This document shows, in pieces, positions 60,701 through 64,000 of a stretch of DNA of 64,000 nucleotides; the stretch's first letter is position 1; each line of letters opens with the position of its first letter. Both the position numbers and the translations under genes were made by a program. Source of the stretch: Takakia lepidozioides (lineage: Eukaryota; Plantae; Bryophyta); assembly GCA_030704615.1 (NCBI GenBank), contig CM060733.1:57598001-57662000 (forward strand), given 5' to 3'. Under the pieces are notes generated by a model, which was not told the origin of the DNA, made no database searches, and saw only the letters and a list, made by a program, of their open reading frames with translations.

Positions 60701-63040
60701 TCACTTCTGAACGATCCCCATGCACATGTTCCCGGATAGTTGTTAGGTCTTTGACAATGCAGAGATCAAACTAGAGTTAATGTGGTGGTTTCTAAAAACA
60801 CGTTTGTCGATGACTCCATATCCATCGTCAGGTATTCCCCATTTAAAAACAGCTTTTACTTAGAAGAGTGTTGCACTGGTGTTATTCTGGAGGCAGAACC
60901 TTCTATCACTGGATGGGACCATGCTGGACCCTTGAGAGAATTGACAGCTCTTACCCAAGAGGACTAATTGAACAGTGTACAAGACATTCATTAGACACTT
61001 GACCTGGGGTGGGTTCGCCAACACTGAAGTGGGGTTGATTGACTTGTCCCACAATTGGTAACACATGCGTCCATGACTTCAAAAATTCTATGCACATCAG
61101 AGAATCTACCGACCTTCATAAGCAGCCTTCCGGGTGGTGATAATGTTCTGGATATCTTCTCTTCTCTTGTGGACATGATCAAGAAAGAAGGAGCCTGGGA
61201 CGCCGCATATGGTGAGTAGGGCTATCAAATCTTTTGAAAGATTCGCGTCTTTCGGCTTCCGGCTGCCATACTCAACATCATGTTACACAAGACACCAACA
61301 TCAACATCTCAAGCATATCAGACTAGGAAGAACAGATCTTTCCATCAAGTTTAGCTCTATGCACCACACCCACACATCTGATTCATACATCCTAGCTTGC
61401 ATGAAGAAACAGGCATGATCATTGGAAGTAGGAATGAACAGGTGCATCCAGTTAACAGTAAACTGGCACATGCAAATAGCAGCATAGTATTGACATACTT
61501 CGTGCAAAGGAGCTCCAGAGAATTTACAGTCGGAAACCCATCAAGCTTGGAATCTGAATCGACCTTTAGCATGGACTTTCGATAGAGGATAGTTGCCGAT
61601 GGCAGCTGAAATCCACACAAACAAGTTAAGTGGTAACCCTCGCACATCTAAAATCATCATAGCATTCTGTAGCCATGGAGTTCTCTCCAAGTTTCTTAAT
61701 GATCCGTTTGTACTTTCCCTCCCCTTCCTGAGAAGGCTCAATGATTTTTAGACGTATTGTGCCTAAGATTTGACCTTCATCTATGTCAAAAGCAAGTAGA
61801 CACCTCACAGTATCGCCTTTTGTAACACAGGCAAGCATAAGTTTTCGTTGCATGCAGTTCTACCCTCACCACCAAGCACTCAAACCAGGAAGTTTAAGGT
61901 TGAGTGATATCTGAAATATCAGAAAAAGGATGCACAGAACCAACTTATAGCCAGACATCATTGTCACCATAGACATTTCAGCAGATTTCCTGTCACTGTG
62001 TACACCCTCTTAGAGTAGCAATGTGGGCAACACTCTTAACTCCCTGCAGGCAAAAGTTGATCACCAGTCCCCAAAAGGTGTTTGAGACAGAATGTCACAA
62101 CTAAACAGAGGCATGAGGACTCATGTGTTGGTTGAGAGGAACCTTGTGATTTACAGCAAGAGTTCCCTTGATGGCCTTGCCCCCATAAAAAAGCCGCACC
62201 TGTAGCAGTGTTGGATAATCCTGGACAGCAAAAGGACCATTTCACAAAGGAGCATTGTGTGAGCACTCTGAATTGTCAGAACTTCGATTTGGTTTGAAAA
62301 TTTGGAAACAAACCCATGTTAGTATAAATCATAAAAATGATCTACAGCGAATGGTATGCCGGGGTACATCATGGCTGATAGTTACAGGGTAAAGATCAAG
62401 AACTAGATGACAGATTGTGCATCAGCTCCACACTCTTGGAGTCAACAGGATGGTGCTTTATTTCAGGAGTTCGAAAAGAACAGTCGATAATGGTGAATAG
62501 AGTCAGCCTGAACTCATCTACCCCGTTAAATAGCTTAAAGTTTACATACAATGTTGCTACAAGATTTCTTCTTCCAGTTCCTAACGTACCTCTTCCCCAG
62601 CAGTGTCATTTGTCATCTGGCCTTTGAAGACAGAAGCAGGGCATTTGCGTGCCAAACATGGCGAGATTTGGCCAGTGCCATCGGTATGGGACATTTTATT
62701 CCCTGACTCGTCCAAGGTCTGTCAGGACAACGCCGGTCCCAATCCAAGGGAAAAGACAAGTATAGCTCCAATTAGACAGAGAGCAAGCCGAATATCACCA
62801 CACCACAGAATGGAGAGATCGTGAATAACAGTATCATACACATCACACACAAGCTGATTTCAATTCACCCCCAACACAAAGACGGTAACTCTTTGATATG
62901 AAGATACAGAGCATACCAAAATAGTTTTGAAATGAACTGCCTTACTGTGCAGAGAATATCGTCGATCATCTTAATGTTGACCTGTGACAAGTCGATGTCT
63001 ACGGACATAGACTTTGATAGCGCAAGTTGCAACCTGGATA
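54797..63040 (-). CDS. RDR3/4/5: RNA-dependent RNA polymerase, RDR3/4/5 (gamma) clade; 3' exons only, 5' part not resolved and probably beyond the window
   Basis: Exons encode SRLQLALSKS (~63000); HTDGTGQISPCLARKCP (~62680); LLQVRLFY..AIKGTLAVN (~62190); LPSATILYRKSMLKV (~61580); SKDLIALLTICGVP (~61220); YYLMATADPSGLLKPNQV (~60520); VYRNPGKHWGDI..IFFSTQGDRPVVDEIANGDLDGDRYWV (~59600-59760); LYKRALDAGKTG; WPHHM..SKSILGQIYD; FAMSVAGIELCEIYA. Confidence 0.92.
57253..57624 (-). mobile_element. Young 5'-truncated family A LINE in an RDR intron, 16-bp TSD
   Basis: ATTACTACCTTACAGA is duplicated at ~57238 and ~57624; ORF 57260..57541 is nearly identical to the full-length copy. Confidence 0.9.
57640..58075 (-). 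mobile_element. 3' fragment of family B LINE with (CATTT)n tail
   Basis: NYLSAPL..FRVGSHNLRIETGRW..CPLYYEIRGRF..* followed by a 3' UTR ending TTATAAAGCACCATTTCATTTCATTT. Short copies of this end lie at ~56500-56550(+), ~58265-58340, ~58842-58920 and ~63669-63835. Confidence 0.85.
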
Positions 63041-64000
63041 TGCAAACAGTTGATAGACACCAACAAACACAAAAGCACACCATCAGAAGGGGCACTCACT
63101 GAGACTCAGCAGTTACTAGTTGCTTTTATGGATATCGCTACATGAAAGGCTCTCTGGATATGCACTGGCTCTCAAACATGATATATCATCCTCATACCTT
63201 CATAATCTGCCACATTTGGAAGACATGCAGGATAGGCAACTCAGGTTGGCACTCGCGTCATGCTTACAAATGAAGCAAAGAGAGCTCGTGCAACAAGAAC
63301 TTGAGTTACAGGGGTTTTTGTGAAGTTGCAAGTAGACCATGGGCAAAATGGACAGAACCCGCTACGATTAGTGGAAGGTTGCTTATGCATGCTATTATTG
63401 TGGCACTACTGGATGCAATTGCAACCTAAAAGCCTGTTGTCTTTGGGCTGTCCTGCCCCTTCAATTTTCAGTTTCCTGGCTTGTAGTTCCAAACTGCCCT
63501 TCTGATGATATCAAGTCTTGCAATGTCCATTTGCCTGCTGGGTTTCAACATTGCAGGCCTGGGACTCTCTGATCTTCCCACGGACATTACAAAGTTTCTT
63601 CCTTTTGTTTGTCTGTCTTCTGATCAACACTACTCTTTCCCCCCCTTCTCTGCCTCTGACCAAGTGGAGAAATGAAATGAAATGAAATGGTGCTTTATAA
63701 CGTCCGCAGAAAGCTCATAGAGCTTATGGGACAAAATGGAAGAAAACATGAGAGGAAACAAAACCAGAGCCAAGAATAAAAACTATTGCTCGAGCGATTG
63801 TCTAAGGGAGAAATGAAATGAAATGGTGCTTTATATGGTGTCTAAGGGGGAGAAAGAGTCTATCAGCCACACAGCTACAAAAAGAAATGCATCATAGATG
63901 TGCTGTGATGAAAAGAAAAGCATCATCTAAGATACCAAGATACAGGGTGATATATATTGTGATGCCGACTCTGACCGTCACAAGCACTTCATCTGGACTC

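Overview
Eukaryotic nuclear DNA with GT-AG introns, probably a non-seed land plant (inferred, not proven), split by a 500-N scaffold gap at 20216-20715. Left of the gap is a CACTA/En-Spm transposon block with unusual cargo. It holds (i) a spliced TnpA-like gene with an FCP1/SCP-type HAD phosphatase domain spliced in-frame between its two TnpA domains, (ii) a divergently oriented, 3'-truncated TnpD transposase, and (iii) a spliced gene with an N-terminal ParB-like (DGNHR) domain and a C-terminal bacterial-type beta-class N4C/N6A DNA methyltransferase-like domain, whose two longest introns carry arrays of a 22-bp palindrome. Right of the gap are host genes: VPS25, a P-class PPR gene, a bacterial-type HIT hydrolase, a small F-box gene and the 3' part of an RDR3/4/5-type RNA-dependent RNA polymerase. 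These are interspersed with a (TC)n-targeting LINE family (one near full-length copy in VPS25 intron 5), a second LINE family with (CATTT)n tails, a TRIM with tRNA-like LTRs, a hAT-type MITE, a tRNA-derived SINE and a Ty3/gypsy element with a dUTPase-like domain and a partly inverted 5' LTR. Small indels, often in homopolymers, occur even in conserved host genes, so frameshifts may be assembly errors. All homology calls come from motif recognition by eye; no searches were run.
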